Shown: positions 28,532-37,388 of the stretch, one piece after another
Layout of the letters: every line of letters starts with the position of its first letter
Numbering within the stretch: the stretch's first letter is position 1
Origin: Actinomycetes bacterium
Lineage (GTDB): Bacteria > Actinomycetota > Actinomycetes > Mycobacteriales > Mycobacteriaceae
Assembly: GCA_029780675.1 (NCBI GenBank)
Contig: JAKOYE010000185.1
Location: 6,893-70,892 of the forward strand
Reading direction: 5' to 3'
DNA: 64,000 bases
Translations under genes and position numbers: made by a program
The notes under the pieces: model-generated
What the model was told of the DNA's origin: nothing
What the model saw: the letters and a program-made list of their open reading frames with translations, nothing else
The model's database searches: none

Positions 28532-29002
28532 TTAGTAGAACCAGGTGCCGGTGGTGGCGATGTCGGCGGCGTCGGTGCTGTGGCCGATCTCGGTGAGCGG
28601 GACCGCTGTTTCGTTGGGTACTGCCGCGAGGACGTCGGCCATGCCGGGATCGGCCTGGCACAACTCAACCCAGTGCTTCCGGCGGCTCGCGGCGATCTTG
28701 CCCTTACTGATCGCGTCGTCGATCTGGGCTTCGACCGCGGCTTTCGCTGCGGCTGCGGCGACCCTGCGGCCCTCGGTTGCGTCGTGCCGAAGCGCGGCGA
28801 GGGTGTCGGTGTCGACCACTTCAAGGCCGGCCTTGCGGGCTGCGGCCGCGACCGCGGACGGTTTGGCCGGGTCGACGCCGGCGGCCTGGTCGGCGAGGTC
28901 GGCGACGGTGTCGACGACCAGCTGCGGGTCGGTGGTGTCGGCGGGCAGGCCGAGCAGGTCGAGCAGCGCGGCGGCTTGCTCGTCGGTGAATTGCAGCGTC
29001 AT
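28532..29002 (-). CDS. phage scaffold-like / Mu gpI C-terminal-like protein
   Basis: 156 aa, Ala-rich and helical. The motif DDAISKGKIAASRRKHW resembles repeats seen in Mu-type protease/scaffold proteins. It is the last gene of the head module. Confidence 0.45.
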   Translation of the reverse strand: MTLQFTDEQAAALLDLLGLPADTTDPQLVVDTVADLADQAAGVDPAKPSAVAAAARKAGLEVVDTDTLAALRHDATEGRRVAAAAAKAAVEAQIDDAISKGKIAASRRKHWVELCQADPGMADVLAAVPNETAVPLTEIGHSTDAADIATTGTWFY

Positions 29003-29017
29003 GGTTTCCTTGTCTCC

Positions 29018-29896
29018 TTAGCTGGCGAGGCCGGTCAGCCGGATGGTGTTGTGGGGTTTGTCGACGCCGAACGCGGGTACGACGAACACCTGGAGCAGTT
29101 TCGATTTGGTGCGGGGCTGGTCGGTGACGACGACCTGTAGCGGGGACTCGAATCCGACGATTCCGGTCAGCCCGGATTTCACCAGATAGGCTGTGCCGTC
29201 GGCGATCCGGGCGTTGACGTGCATGGTCAGGCCGCAGGATTCGAGCATCTTCCCGAGGTCGGCGGCGTAGGCCGTGCGCAGCGCGCGGGCCTGGGAGGGG
29301 TGGACCAGCAGCCGGTCGAACACGGCGCCGAGTTGAGCGAGGTCGGCGAGCTCCTGGGCTTGGGCGAAGTGTGCGGTCGGCCGGTCCGCGGACGGGGTGA
29401 GGTCAGCTTCGGGTCCGACGGTGACGAGGGTGTCCCAAGGTTCGTCGACGGCCACGGAGTCGATGCCTGAGGCGTTGACCGCGGCCAGCGCGACGGTGTC
29501 GAGCTTGACGGCGACTTCGTTGGCCAGTTGGGTGGCGGCCTGGTCGAGGCGGCTGACGTTGTTGCGGCTGATTTCCTCGTAGGCGATTTCGACGGCGCCG
29601 CCGTAGTCGGCGACGGTGGCCAGCTTCGTCTCGGGGTCGACGCCCTGCACGAGGGGGTATTCGGTGAGCGGTGCCCGTTTTTCGACTCCGGTGGTGAACA
29701 GGTCGGAGTACTTGAGCAGCGTGTACAACATGCCGCCGCCGTCGATCTTGGCGCCGTGGGGGTGGAAGAAGTGCGGCAGCAGGAGCTGGTCGTCGGCGAG
29801 TGCGGCGATTCGGTCCCGGATGATCGTCGGGGTGTTGAGCGCGACGTCAACGGTCAGTGTGTTGCCGGTGAGCTCGGGAAGCAATGGAGTTGGCAC
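29018..29896 (-). CDS. phage major capsid protein (HK97-fold type)
   Basis: 292 aa. Its position after the decoration and protease-like genes and its general sequence character are typical of actinophage MCPs. No search was run. Confidence 0.65.
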   Translation of the reverse strand: MPTPLLPELTGNTLTVDVALNTPTIIRDRIAALADDQLLLPHFFHPHGAKIDGGGMLYTLLKYSDLFTTGVEKRAPLTEYPLVQGVDPETKLATVADYGGAVEIAYEEISRNNVSRLDQAATQLANEVAVKLDTVALAAVNASGIDSVAVDEPWDTLVTVGPEADLTPSADRPTAHFAQAQELADLAQLGAVFDRLLVHPSQARALRTAYAADLGKMLESCGLTMHVNARIADGTAYLVKSGLTGIVGFESPLQVVVTDQPRTKSKLLQVFVVPAFGVDKPHNTIRLTGLAS

Positions 29897-29928
29897 GGTG
29901 GTGTCCTTTCAGGCGCGGGGATGAATGG

Positions 29929-30312
29929 TTAGGCGTAGCAGGCGATTTCGGCGAGCGCCCCGTCGGAGGCGCCGGTGACGGCGATACCGACGACGACACC
30001 GGCATCAGCGGTGGATGCTGCGCCTCCGGTTCCGACTTGCACGGCCGCGCCGGCGCTGATGGACCCGGCGGCCACGACGCGGATGACCCCGCCGCGGGCG
30101 ATGTGGACCAGCTTGCCGACGGCGGCGGATTCAGCGGCCACGCCCAGGGGGCGATCACCGGCGGCGGCGATCGTGACGGCCAGGTTCCCGCCGGCAGTGC
30201 GGTTCCCGCTCGGCTTGACGAACTTGTGCGCCACGACGGGGGCGGTGGTCACTTCGGCGGTGATGTCTTCGCCGGGCTGGTAGACGCGTGCCGGGATCAG
30301 CGGTCGGGACAT
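29929..30312 (-). CDS. DUF2190 head-decoration / capsid-cement-like protein
   Basis: 127 aa from ATG 30312, preceded by AGGAGA. Its Gly/Ala/Val-rich beta-type sequence (GAAVQVGTGG..., IGIAV) is typical of DUF2190. Confidence 0.6.
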   Translation of the reverse strand: MSRPLIPARVYQPGEDITAEVTTAPVVAHKFVKPSGNRTAGGNLAVTIAAAGDRPLGVAAESAAVGKLVHIARGGVIRVVAAGSISAGAAVQVGTGGAASTADAGVVVGIAVTGASDGALAEIACYA

Positions 30313-30323
30313 GGGTTCTCCTG

Positions 30324-30905
30324 TCATCGGTGGGTTCGTCGGCGCCGGGCGGCGGCGACAGCGACGGCGCGGGGCCGCTGCACAGTCGGATCAGGGGCGG
30401 GGGCGGGGTCGGGCTGGTGGGTGGCCAGGACGATCCGGCGGGGCGACGCGGCGGCGATCCCGTACAGGGCGGCCACGTCGGCGATGTCGGCGAGCCCGTC
30501 TACGCCGGGCATCACCGCCCCGAGTAGCGCGACGGCGGTCAGGACGAAGCCGTAGCGACGGCCGTCGGCGGCCTCGTAGCTGCGCAGCCCTTCGACGGAT
30601 CGCTGCGGCCAGGCCTTGCCGAGCAACGCTGCCACCGGGCGGGGCACGTCCTCGTAGTCGCCGAGCAGCACGTCGCCGCCGTTGGTGGTTCGTAGATTCC
30701 GCACCCTGCCCAGAGCTGGGGCTCCGTCGCCGAGTGGACCTTCGTGGCCGAGCTTGATGACCGCGTCGCGGACGATCCCGGCTCGGGCGGCGGCGACTGC
30801 GTCGGCGAGGTCCTGGCGGGTGACTTCCCATGTGCCGGTGGAGATCTCGTGGACCCCGACCCGGACCAGTTCCACCCCGGGGATGGAGACGACACCGGCG
30901 GGCAT
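30324..30905 (-). CDS. putative prohead protease / scaffold-like protein
   Basis: 193 aa. It is the first gene of the head module, and its stop overlaps the next ORF. The assignment rests on gene order (protease, decoration, capsid) only. Confidence 0.35.
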   Translation of the reverse strand: MPAGVVSIPGVELVRVGVHEISTGTWEVTRQDLADAVAAARAGIVRDAVIKLGHEGPLGDGAPALGRVRNLRTTNGGDVLLGDYEDVPRPVAALLGKAWPQRSVEGLRSYEAADGRRYGFVLTAVALLGAVMPGVDGLADIADVAALYGIAAASPRRIVLATHQPDPAPAPDPTVQRPRAVAVAAARRRRTHR

Positions 30906-30911
30906 CAGTGC

Positions 30912-31346
30912 TCACCCGCTGGGGCGGGGTCGTGCTGGTCGCTGTTCTGCGTAGGCGACAACGGCTGCCGCGTCATATAGCCACCGGCCGGCGGGACGGC
31001 GAGCTGGTAGGCGCCCCCGCTGCGCAAGCTGGCGGACAGCGCTCGGTGAGGTGCCGAGGATGCGGGCGGCCGCGGCGGTGGTGACTGTCGCATGGGGGCC
31101 AGCGTCGACCGGATCGGGTGGCCCGGCTGCACAGGTGGCCGTGGTGCTGTCGGTTCTGCTGACGTTTCGCGCCGCTTCGACAGCTGCGGCTGTCGTTTTG
31201 GTGAATGTGGCGATCGCGGCGAGCAGCTTGGGGGTGGGTTGGCGGCTGGTCCGCGCCAGCAGGTCCGGCAGCATGCCGAGGGCGCTGGCGAGGTAGGCGG
31301 CGTCGGAGGCGTCGAGCTGGACCGTTCCAGTCGGCACCAGTTTCAC
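30912..31346 (-). CDS. HTH (excisionase/MerR-like) DNA-binding protein, possible packaging-specificity factor
   Basis: C-terminal HTH AARILGTSPSAVRQLAQRGRLPARR. It lies directly upstream of the head genes, in the slot usually held by a small terminase. Confidence 0.4.
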   Translation of the reverse strand: MKLVPTGTVQLDASDAAYLASALGMLPDLLARTSRQPTPKLLAAIATFTKTTAAAVEAARNVSRTDSTTATCAAGPPDPVDAGPHATVTTAAAARILGTSPSAVRQLAQRGRLPARRPAGRWLYDAAAVVAYAEQRPARPRPSG

Positions 31347-31627
31347 GCCGCCCCGCCTTCAGCTCTCATCAGCAGGGCTGGGATGCGCCCGCGCAGGGTG
31401 TCGGCCAGCCGCATGGCCTGTTCGTCGCTCATCGCCGCCCACAGGACCCCCAACGTGGCGGCGAACACCTCGGCGGCATCGCGGTGGGTATCGACTTCGC
31501 CGAACACGGACAGCAGGGCCTCACCGCCGTGCTGTCGCTGCCCGAGACCGTGGACGGCGAGCTGGTGGGCGCGCAGCAGCAGCTGGTCGGCGGCGCGGGC
31601 CTCGTCGTGCTCGTCGGCGTTCACCAC
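31343..31627 (-). CDS. hypothetical phage protein (94 aa)
   Basis: Overlaps its neighbours by 4 and 7 nt. Coding-like GC3 bias. Confidence 0.45.
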   Translation of the reverse strand: MVNADEHDEARAADQLLLRAHQLAVHGLGQRQHGGEALLSVFGEVDTHRDAAEVFAATLGVLWAAMSDEQAMRLADTLRGRIPALLMRAEGGAA

Positions 31628-31929
31628 GCACCCCTGACAGTCAGTCCGGGGTGCGCTGCCTCAAGTGCGGACAGCTCGCCGACCAGGTCGGCCAGCACCG
31701 TTTCCCGGGTGAGGGCCACGTTCGCGACTATCGGGAGCCGGTCGACGATTTCGTTGGTGGCCTCGCGTACAGCGGCGAAGGCCCGCACTCGGGCTCCGGT
31801 CCGGCCCGCCAGCTGCATCAGGGCTTCGTCGTAGCCAGTCTGGTCGCCGCGGACAGCTGCCACCGCCAGTGACAGCGCCAGCCACCGCGCGAACACGTCG
31901 CCGTCCCGTTCCAGTCTCATCACGCTCAT
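31621..31929 (-). CDS. hypothetical phage protein (102 aa)
   Basis: ATG 31929 (MSVMRLERDG...) overlaps the upstream stop by 4 nt. The track ORF extension to 32166 is Arg-rich shadow sequence. Confidence 0.45.
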   Translation of the reverse strand: MSVMRLERDGDVFARWLALSLAVAAVRGDQTGYDEALMQLAGRTGARVRAFAAVREATNEIVDRLPIVANVALTRETVLADLVGELSALEAAHPGLTVRGAW

Positions 31930-32147
31930 TCCGCGGCCCCTGGATCCGCTGGCGGCCAGGCCGCTGTTGGCCGGTCGCGGCGGTCGGCCCGCAGTGCCTC
32001 GACAGCGTCCACCAGATCGTCGGCCAGCCGCATTGCTTCGGCCTCGGTTGCGGTGAACCTCCACGGCCCGATCCGGATCATCACGCGCGGATTGTGGTAT
32101 TTCGGCACCACGTCGGCATCTAGTTCGCTCTGTGCGTTCAGGCGCAC
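31926..32147 (-). CDS. hypothetical phage protein (73 aa)
   Basis: Overlaps the stop of the DUF3987 gene by 10 nt. Confidence 0.4.
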   Translation of the reverse strand: MRLNAQSELDADVVPKYHNPRVMIRIGPWRFTATEAEAMRLADDLVDAVEALRADRRDRPTAAWPPADPGAAE

Positions 32148-33772
32148 GATTCGTCCTCCTGGTCATGTTTGCTATCGGGCTGTTCCGGTTCGGTTGTTTC
32201 GGTGTCGGTGGCTATGCGCCACAGCGAGTTGCGGCCGGTGTTGGTCGAGTCGAATCGCGGTGTGGTCGACTTGAGCCTTGCGGCCTTGATCGCGTCCCGG
32301 GTGTAGCCCTCGGCGGTGCCGGCTGCGTAGATCTGGCTAACCGGGCACCAGCCGTTCGCGTCGCCGTGCTCGGCGAGGTAGGCGGCGAGGAATGCGGCGG
32401 CCGTCCGGGTCGGGCGCGGCGACGCTGAGTCACTTGACCTGCGCGATTGCAGATCGGTGACCGTCGCGGATAGTTCAGGGCTGAACTCAGGGTTCAGCCC
32501 CTTTGAACTGCTGATTCGGGGGCTGAACTGTGGTTCAGGGCTGAACTCTGGGTGTAACTCGAACTGCAGTCCGCCTTGCGGCGCTTCACTCCGTAGGATC
32601 GCACCCTCGCTGGCTAACTCCGCGGTGGCGGCTTCGAGGAGCTCGCGGTATTCGCGTTTACCCAACCGCGCCCGGAGGTCGCCGCGGGCGGTGCGCCCTT
32701 CGGAGAGCACCTTGAGGATGCGGCGGCGGACGGTGTCCAGTCTGCGCCGGTCGATGGTCTCGTCGAATTCGGCGCGGCTGAGTGCCCGTGCTCTCGTCTT
32801 TGCTCGTTCTGCCTGCCTGGCATGTTCGACTATCCAGCCGCGGGTGCGGTCGGAGACGGCCATGACGACTGCGGATAGCTCCCAGTCAGTGTCGGAGACA
32901 ACGGAGCGTTGGTGCATGACGGCCAGCAGTGCGGCCACTTTCAGGCGTGTCAGCGTGGCGTGGCCATCGAGGGCGTCAGCCTCCCCACGCTGCCGGGCAA
33001 GGTGGGCGTCGATGACAGTTCGTGCGATCTCCTCGGGGCCGTAGCCGATTTCGATGACGCCATCGGCTGCGGCCCGCCAGGTCGGTATCGACGTTGACAG
33101 CGGCTGCGGGTCATGCACGGGTTCGCCGGGCATGTCCGGGTCAGTCGTCGGGAACCATAGGAACCGTTGCGGGGTTCCGCCGGTGGTGTCGGCGAAGATC
33201 ACTCCGCAGTGTCCGGGCTGGGCGCCCACGGACAGGCAGCACCGGTAGGAGTGCGCGTCCACGACACGACTGGTTGCCTTTTGAGCGTTGGACTGTCCGA
33301 GCTGCTCGCCCATCGCCATCGACTTGAGTTGCGCCAGCAGGATTGAGCCTTGCCGGGACGCCAGGCCGGCCAGGGTGTCGACCTCGGGGACCATGAAGAT
33401 CGCAGCGGTCAGCGGTTCGTGGTCGGCGTCGGCGTTGTCGGGCTTCTTGAACGCCGCAGCGATCCCTTCCCCCGAGCCTATGGGCAGTTCGGGGATCGGG
33501 GTGGGCCACGCCAGGCGGGCAACCTTGTCGGATATCCCTTTGCCCCCGCCGGATGGCGACACGAACGCACACAACAAGTTCAGCGAGGCGCGGCCCCCGA
33601 TGAGGCCGGGCAGCTGAACGTTGGGGCCGACACTTGCAGCGACCCGCAACAGCACCGCGCCGAACACGGCCCAGGGTGCGGCGTACCGGGCGCGGGCCCA
33701 GTGGTGGATTCGGCGGAGCTGTTCGGAGTCCGATTCCAGGAAGAACTTGTTCGTCAAATCAGCGTCGATCAT
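32138..33772 (-). CDS. DUF3987-type replication protein (P-loop helicase-like) with C-terminal winged-helix region
   Basis: ATG 33772 (MIDADLTNKFF...). P-loop VSPSGGGKGIS in the GGRASLNLLCAF context typical of DUF3987 phage/plasmid replication proteins. Confidence 0.65.
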   Translation of the reverse strand: MIDADLTNKFFLESDSEQLRRIHHWARARYAAPWAVFGAVLLRVAASVGPNVQLPGLIGGRASLNLLCAFVSPSGGGKGISDKVARLAWPTPIPELPIGSGEGIAAAFKKPDNADADHEPLTAAIFMVPEVDTLAGLASRQGSILLAQLKSMAMGEQLGQSNAQKATSRVVDAHSYRCCLSVGAQPGHCGVIFADTTGGTPQRFLWFPTTDPDMPGEPVHDPQPLSTSIPTWRAAADGVIEIGYGPEEIARTVIDAHLARQRGEADALDGHATLTRLKVAALLAVMHQRSVVSDTDWELSAVVMAVSDRTRGWIVEHARQAERAKTRARALSRAEFDETIDRRRLDTVRRRILKVLSEGRTARGDLRARLGKREYRELLEAATAELASEGAILRSEAPQGGLQFELHPEFSPEPQFSPRISSSKGLNPEFSPELSATVTDLQSRRSSDSASPRPTRTAAAFLAAYLAEHGDANGWCPVSQIYAAGTAEGYTRDAIKAARLKSTTPRFDSTNTGRNSLWRIATDTETTEPEQPDSKHDQEDESCA

Positions 33773-34086
33773 GCGGGCCGTCTCCTTGCAATGTAGGCGC
33801 CAGAACGGACAGCGTCGGCGCGGCGTTGGACTCGTCTTGATACAGCCGGCCAATCTGCCGATGCGGCAACGCCTTTCGACGCCTCGGCAGCGGTTTCCTG
33901 TGCTGTCTCCATCCGGAGCACGTGGTGCTCACCGGCGACGGCGAGCGCGATCACCTTGAGCGGGTCGCTGTCGGCCAGGGCCATCCACGCCGGGGTGCCG
34001 GCGGTCGGCGGGGTCCCGGCCTGGGCTATCAGCGCGGTGACGAACTCGTGGACTGGCCACCAGGAGACCTGCCTGGAGTCACTCAC
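33769..34086 (-). CDS. hypothetical prophage protein (DUF2742-like)
   Basis: 105 aa. 4-nt overlap with the downstream gene and 8-nt overlap with the upstream gene. Confidence 0.45.
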   Translation of the reverse strand: MSDSRQVSWWPVHEFVTALIAQAGTPPTAGTPAWMALADSDPLKVIALAVAGEHHVLRMETAQETAAEASKGVAASADWPAVSRRVQRRADAVRSGAYIARRRPA

Positions 34087-34957
34087 CGTTCACCCTCAGG
34101 TCGGGCTTGCGGAAGGTGTTCACCATGGCCGCGATCCGGCTCTGCTGGACTTCCGTGTAGATCGCGGTGGTCGCGGGGCTGGTGTGGCCGAGGAACTCCT
34201 GGACTACCCGCACGTCCTCGACCTCGATGCCAGCGGACCCGGCCCAGTGGCGCAGCGTGTGCAGGGTGGAACGGGTGCCGCTCTTGTGGAGCCAGTCGTT
34301 GGCCAACTGGGAAACCTGGTGCGGTGTCACCGGCCCGGTCCCGCGCTCCCTGCGGAAGCACAACCCATCCTCGGCGAGTGCCGGTCGGATCAGGTCCCAC
34401 GCCCATCCAGGCAGCGCGGTGATGCGCTCCCATTCTCCTTTGGTGTGGGTCAGCCGGATGAACATGCCGCCCCCTGGCGCGGGCTCGAAACACGCCATCT
34501 CGAGGTGCGCGATTTCCTTCGCACGCAGACCCGCATAGGCGGCCAGAATCAGCCACGCCTGGATCCGCGGGGACGGGGCGGTGCGGATCGCCCGCTCGAG
34601 CGCGTCGAACGCAATCGGACGCGGCAGACCTCGCTTCGCCCGCGGGGTGACCAGCAGCGCTGCCGGATTATCGGGCCGCAGTCCACGCTTGTGGAGGAAC
34701 ACGTAGTACGGGCGCACCATCGACGTCCTGAACCTCAACCGCTCGATCCGGATCGTGTCCTGCCACGCTTCCAACTCGTCCTGCGTTGCGTCGAACGGAT
34801 CGCGGCCGAGGTGCTCGTATAGGTACTGCATTTCCATGCGCCGCAACTTGACCGTTCTGGGTGCGCGCCCGGCTCTGAGCATCCACCGGCAGTGGTCGTC
34901 CAGGTAGGACACGTCAGATCCATAGTGCATCCCGGGGATCAGCCGACGGGCGCTCAT
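34079..34957 (-). CDS. second tyrosine recombinase (XerC/XerD-like)
   Basis: Catalytic signature LRAKE (R), HTLRHWAGS (HxxR), LGHTSPATTAIYTEV (H..Y). Confidence 0.85.
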   Translation of the reverse strand: MSARRLIPGMHYGSDVSYLDDHCRWMLRAGRAPRTVKLRRMEMQYLYEHLGRDPFDATQDELEAWQDTIRIERLRFRTSMVRPYYVFLHKRGLRPDNPAALLVTPRAKRGLPRPIAFDALERAIRTAPSPRIQAWLILAAYAGLRAKEIAHLEMACFEPAPGGGMFIRLTHTKGEWERITALPGWAWDLIRPALAEDGLCFRRERGTGPVTPHQVSQLANDWLHKSGTRSTLHTLRHWAGSAGIEVEDVRVVQEFLGHTSPATTAIYTEVQQSRIAAMVNTFRKPDLRVNGE

Positions 34958-35409
34958 CGGTCCGACCCGTCACTGATGCGGGCGGCCGCCCGGTCGATGA
35001 GGCGCTGGGCTGCCATCATGTGCGCGCGTGCGCCCACCAGGTCGACGACCGCCAGGAGCGGGGCCTCGCCGGGCACCGAGTTGATAGCGTCGCTCAGGTC
35101 GGCGACGGCCATCCGGGCGCCCTGGCCGGCGTCAACCAGCAGCCCGGGCACGTTGTGCGACACGCAACCCGGGGCGTGGCCGCCGAGACCACCGCAACAG
35201 GCCTTGGTGCTGGAATCGACCGAACCGCCGTCGTAGTAGCGGCAGAACTGGCACACGTCGGCGCCGTTCTCGGTGGGGACAGTGCAATACCGGCACTCAC
35301 GGGATACGCTCGTCACGACTGAAACTCCTTCTTCGTGGTTGGTGTCGAGGTCTTGGCCCTCGGCGGTGTTGGAGCACCTGCCGGGGGCGTTTTTCGTTGC
35401 TGAATTCAT
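34954..35409 (-). CDS. Cys-rich hypothetical protein (zinc-ribbon-like)
   Basis: Contains CRYCTVPTENGADVCQFCRYY and CCGGLGGHAPGC. Its start shares 1 nt with the Xis stop. Confidence 0.5.
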   Translation of the reverse strand: MNSATKNAPGRCSNTAEGQDLDTNHEEGVSVVTSVSRECRYCTVPTENGADVCQFCRYYDGGSVDSSTKACCGGLGGHAPGCVSHNVPGLLVDAGQGARMAVADLSDAINSVPGEAPLLAVVDLVGARAHMMAAQRLIDRAAARISDGSDR

Positions 35410-35576
35410 CAGGCGGCGCCTTCAAGCCGGCGGATGTACTCCGTGATTTGGCGGTCAGTGCTGAACCGACGCTTGCCGACCTTCACGCTGGCTAGTTCGC
35501 CGGATTTCCAGAGTTGGAACACCATCGTGCGGCTGATACCGCCGAGCTTCGCGCCGGTTGTCTTCCAGTCGTTCAT
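35409..35576 (-). CDS. excisionase / AlpA-like HTH protein (55 aa)
   Basis: Hand-translated as MNDWKTTGAKLGGISRTMVFQLWKSGELASVKVGKRRFSTDRQITEYIRRLEGAA. GAGGAG RBS. It is below the track cutoff. Confidence 0.65.
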   Translation of the reverse strand: MNDWKTTGAKLGGISRTMVFQLWKSGELASVKVGKRRFSTDRQITEYIRRLEGAA

Positions 35577-35680
35577 GCCGGACTCCTCTCGATGTGGGTG
35601 TGCTACGCAAAATTAATAAGACAGTCGTAGATCTACCACGAACGTGCCCGATACGCAACAGACGGTTATGATGCGTAGTT
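35577..35680. promoter_or_regulatory. divergent immunity/switch region between xis and the repressor
   Basis: Contains a perfect 10-bp palindrome GTAGATCTAC (35627-35636). TACGCA(A) half-sites lie at 35604, 35652 and, inverted, 35672. There is an AT-rich tract AAAATTAATAAG. Confidence 0.5.
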
Positions 35681-36235
35681 GTGACGACAGACTGGCGAGG
35701 GTGGTCCGACGCCCTCACGGCGCGTGTGGCCGGGGCTGTAAGAACGCGACGGGCTGCGTTGGGGCTGACTGCGGCCGAACTCTCCGATAGGACCGTCGTC
35801 GGCAAGCCGCTGACACGGGCTGTGATTTCAGACTTAGAAACAGGCCGAAAGAAGTCGCTGGAGATTGTTGAACTTCTGACTCTCGCTGCAGCACTTGATA
35901 TTCCGCCGGTCTTGCTTCTGTTCCCGGGATACCCAGATGGTGAGATCGAGGTACTTCCAGGGAGGATGCTTGATTCCGAGGACGCGGCTCTATGGATGGC
36001 GGGGGAAATCGGGCTGCCGGAAGAAGACGACGGCGGGAGCCGCGGCGTTGAGCTTGTCCGAGCAGTAGGCGAACTGCGGCACCGGCGTCTAGAGGAGCGT
36101 CTAGAGGTATTGCGCCAAGCAGAGGCTGGAGACGCCGAGACGGCGAAGGTGCTCAAGCTGCACGAGAGAGAGATTTTCTACCTACAGCAACGCATCGAAG
36201 GCGCTCGCGCCGATCTCTGGGGCGGGGATGCCTAG
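35681..36235 (+). CDS. XRE-family HTH repressor
   Basis: GTG start. HTH LGLTAAELSDRTVVGKPLTRAVISDLETGRKK. Divergent from xis. Confidence 0.75.
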   Translation: MTTDWRGWSDALTARVAGAVRTRRAALGLTAAELSDRTVVGKPLTRAVISDLETGRKKSLEIVELLTLAAALDIPPVLLLFPGYPDGEIEVLPGRMLDSEDAALWMAGEIGLPEEDDGGSRGVELVRAVGELRHRRLEERLEVLRQAEAGDAETAKVLKLHEREIFYLQQRIEGARADLWGGDA

Positions 36236-37388
36236 GCAGCGGATGGCACCGGGGGAGCACGGCCGGGTGACCGTGTCGAAGCTGGGCCGGGATCTGTTCG
36301 AGGCCCGAACCTACGTCCGTGACGGTGATGGGGTACGACGCAAGGTTCGCCGCACCGGACGATCCGATGAGGATGCCCGCCGGGAACTGCAACGGCACCT
36401 TGCTGGCCGGCGCACGCCGCTGACGGGGCAGGCCGTCACCGAGCGGACAACGCTCTCCGAGCTGTTCGAGGCGTGGATCGACAGGAAGGTTGCCGAGGAC
36501 AAGCTGATGCCGCAGTCGGAGGCCCAGTACCGCACGGTGTGGCGGGTCCACGGAGCCGACAAGCTCGGCGCGCTACGCATCCGGGAATTGCCCACCAGCC
36601 GCGCCGACGCCCACCTGAAGGGAATCGCCTCGGTGCGCCAGGCGCAACTGCTGCGCATCGTCCTGAAGGGCATGTTCACGTTGGCGGTCCGCTTCGACGT
36701 GATCGGGGTGAATCCGATCGCCGAGGCCCGACCGAATCGCGGCGAGAAACGTCCGGTCCGGGCCGCTACGCCCGCCGAGTTCCAGCGGGTCCGCAGGGCG
36801 GTCGCCGACTATGCGGGCACGGTGGTGCGGGGGCCGGCCAGGGGGCGTTACCTACCGGCGTTCGTTGAGCTGGCGATGGCCACCGGCGCCCGACCCGGCG
36901 AGGTGCTCGCGATCCGCTGGGAGGATGTCGACCTGCTCGCCGATCCGCCCACGGTGACCATCTCGGGGACCGTCATCGACCACCAGGGCGTCCCCGGCCT
37001 GCCTGCGCACCGGCAGGACACCCGCAAGCACGGTGCGCCGCCCCTGGTGACGTTCCTGCCCGTGCACGGTGTCGACGCGCTGACGAACCTGTTCGGTGTC
37101 ACCGGACCGACTGGTCTGGTGTTCAAGTCCCGCACCGGTGGTCCGATGTCGGCGAACAACCTGCGCCGGTCGCTGCGCGAGGCCCTTCCCGATGACCTGC
37201 GGTGGTGTACGCCGCACTCGTTCCGGCGGACAGCGGGCACCGTGGTCCGGGACGCCCACGGCGTCGAGGCGGCTCAGCAGCAGCTGGGCCACGCCCACCT
37301 GGCGACCACCGAGGGGCACTACGTGGAGCGGAAAACCACAGGTCCGGACGCCCGCAGCGCGCTTGATGCGTTCATGGATGGAAAGTAG
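36228..37388 (+). CDS. int: tyrosine integrase
   Basis: ATGARPGEVLAIRW (R), HSFRRTAGT (HxxR), LGHAHLATTEGHYVE (H..Y). It ends 72 nt from the tRNA 3' end. Confidence 0.9.
   Translation: MPRQRMAPGEHGRVTVSKLGRDLFEARTYVRDGDGVRRKVRRTGRSDEDARRELQRHLAGRRTPLTGQAVTERTTLSELFEAWIDRKVAEDKLMPQSEAQYRTVWRVHGADKLGALRIRELPTSRADAHLKGIASVRQAQLLRIVLKGMFTLAVRFDVIGVNPIAEARPNRGEKRPVRAATPAEFQRVRRAVADYAGTVVRGPARGRYLPAFVELAMATGARPGEVLAIRWEDVDLLADPPTVTISGTVIDHQGVPGLPAHRQDTRKHGAPPLVTFLPVHGVDALTNLFGVTGPTGLVFKSRTGGPMSANNLRRSLREALPDDLRWCTPHSFRRTAGTVVRDAHGVEAAQQQLGHAHLATTEGHYVERKTTGPDARSALDAFMDGK

Noticed and set aside
28240-28824. 194-aa minus-strand ORF overlapping the scaffold-like gene and the non-coding spacer.
   Set aside because: Its product is Pro/Arg/Ser-rich low-complexity sequence. 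It is out of frame with the better-supported 28532..29002 ORF, which is translationally positioned after the capsid gene.
29018-29896. Considered whether the lone HK97-fold capsid gene could be an encapsulin nanocompartment shell rather than a phage capsid.
   Set aside because: It sits in an att-bounded island with int, xis and a repressor, next to DUF2190 decoration-type and protease/scaffold-like genes. No cargo-enzyme gene with a targeting peptide is adjacent. A phage origin is the simpler explanation.
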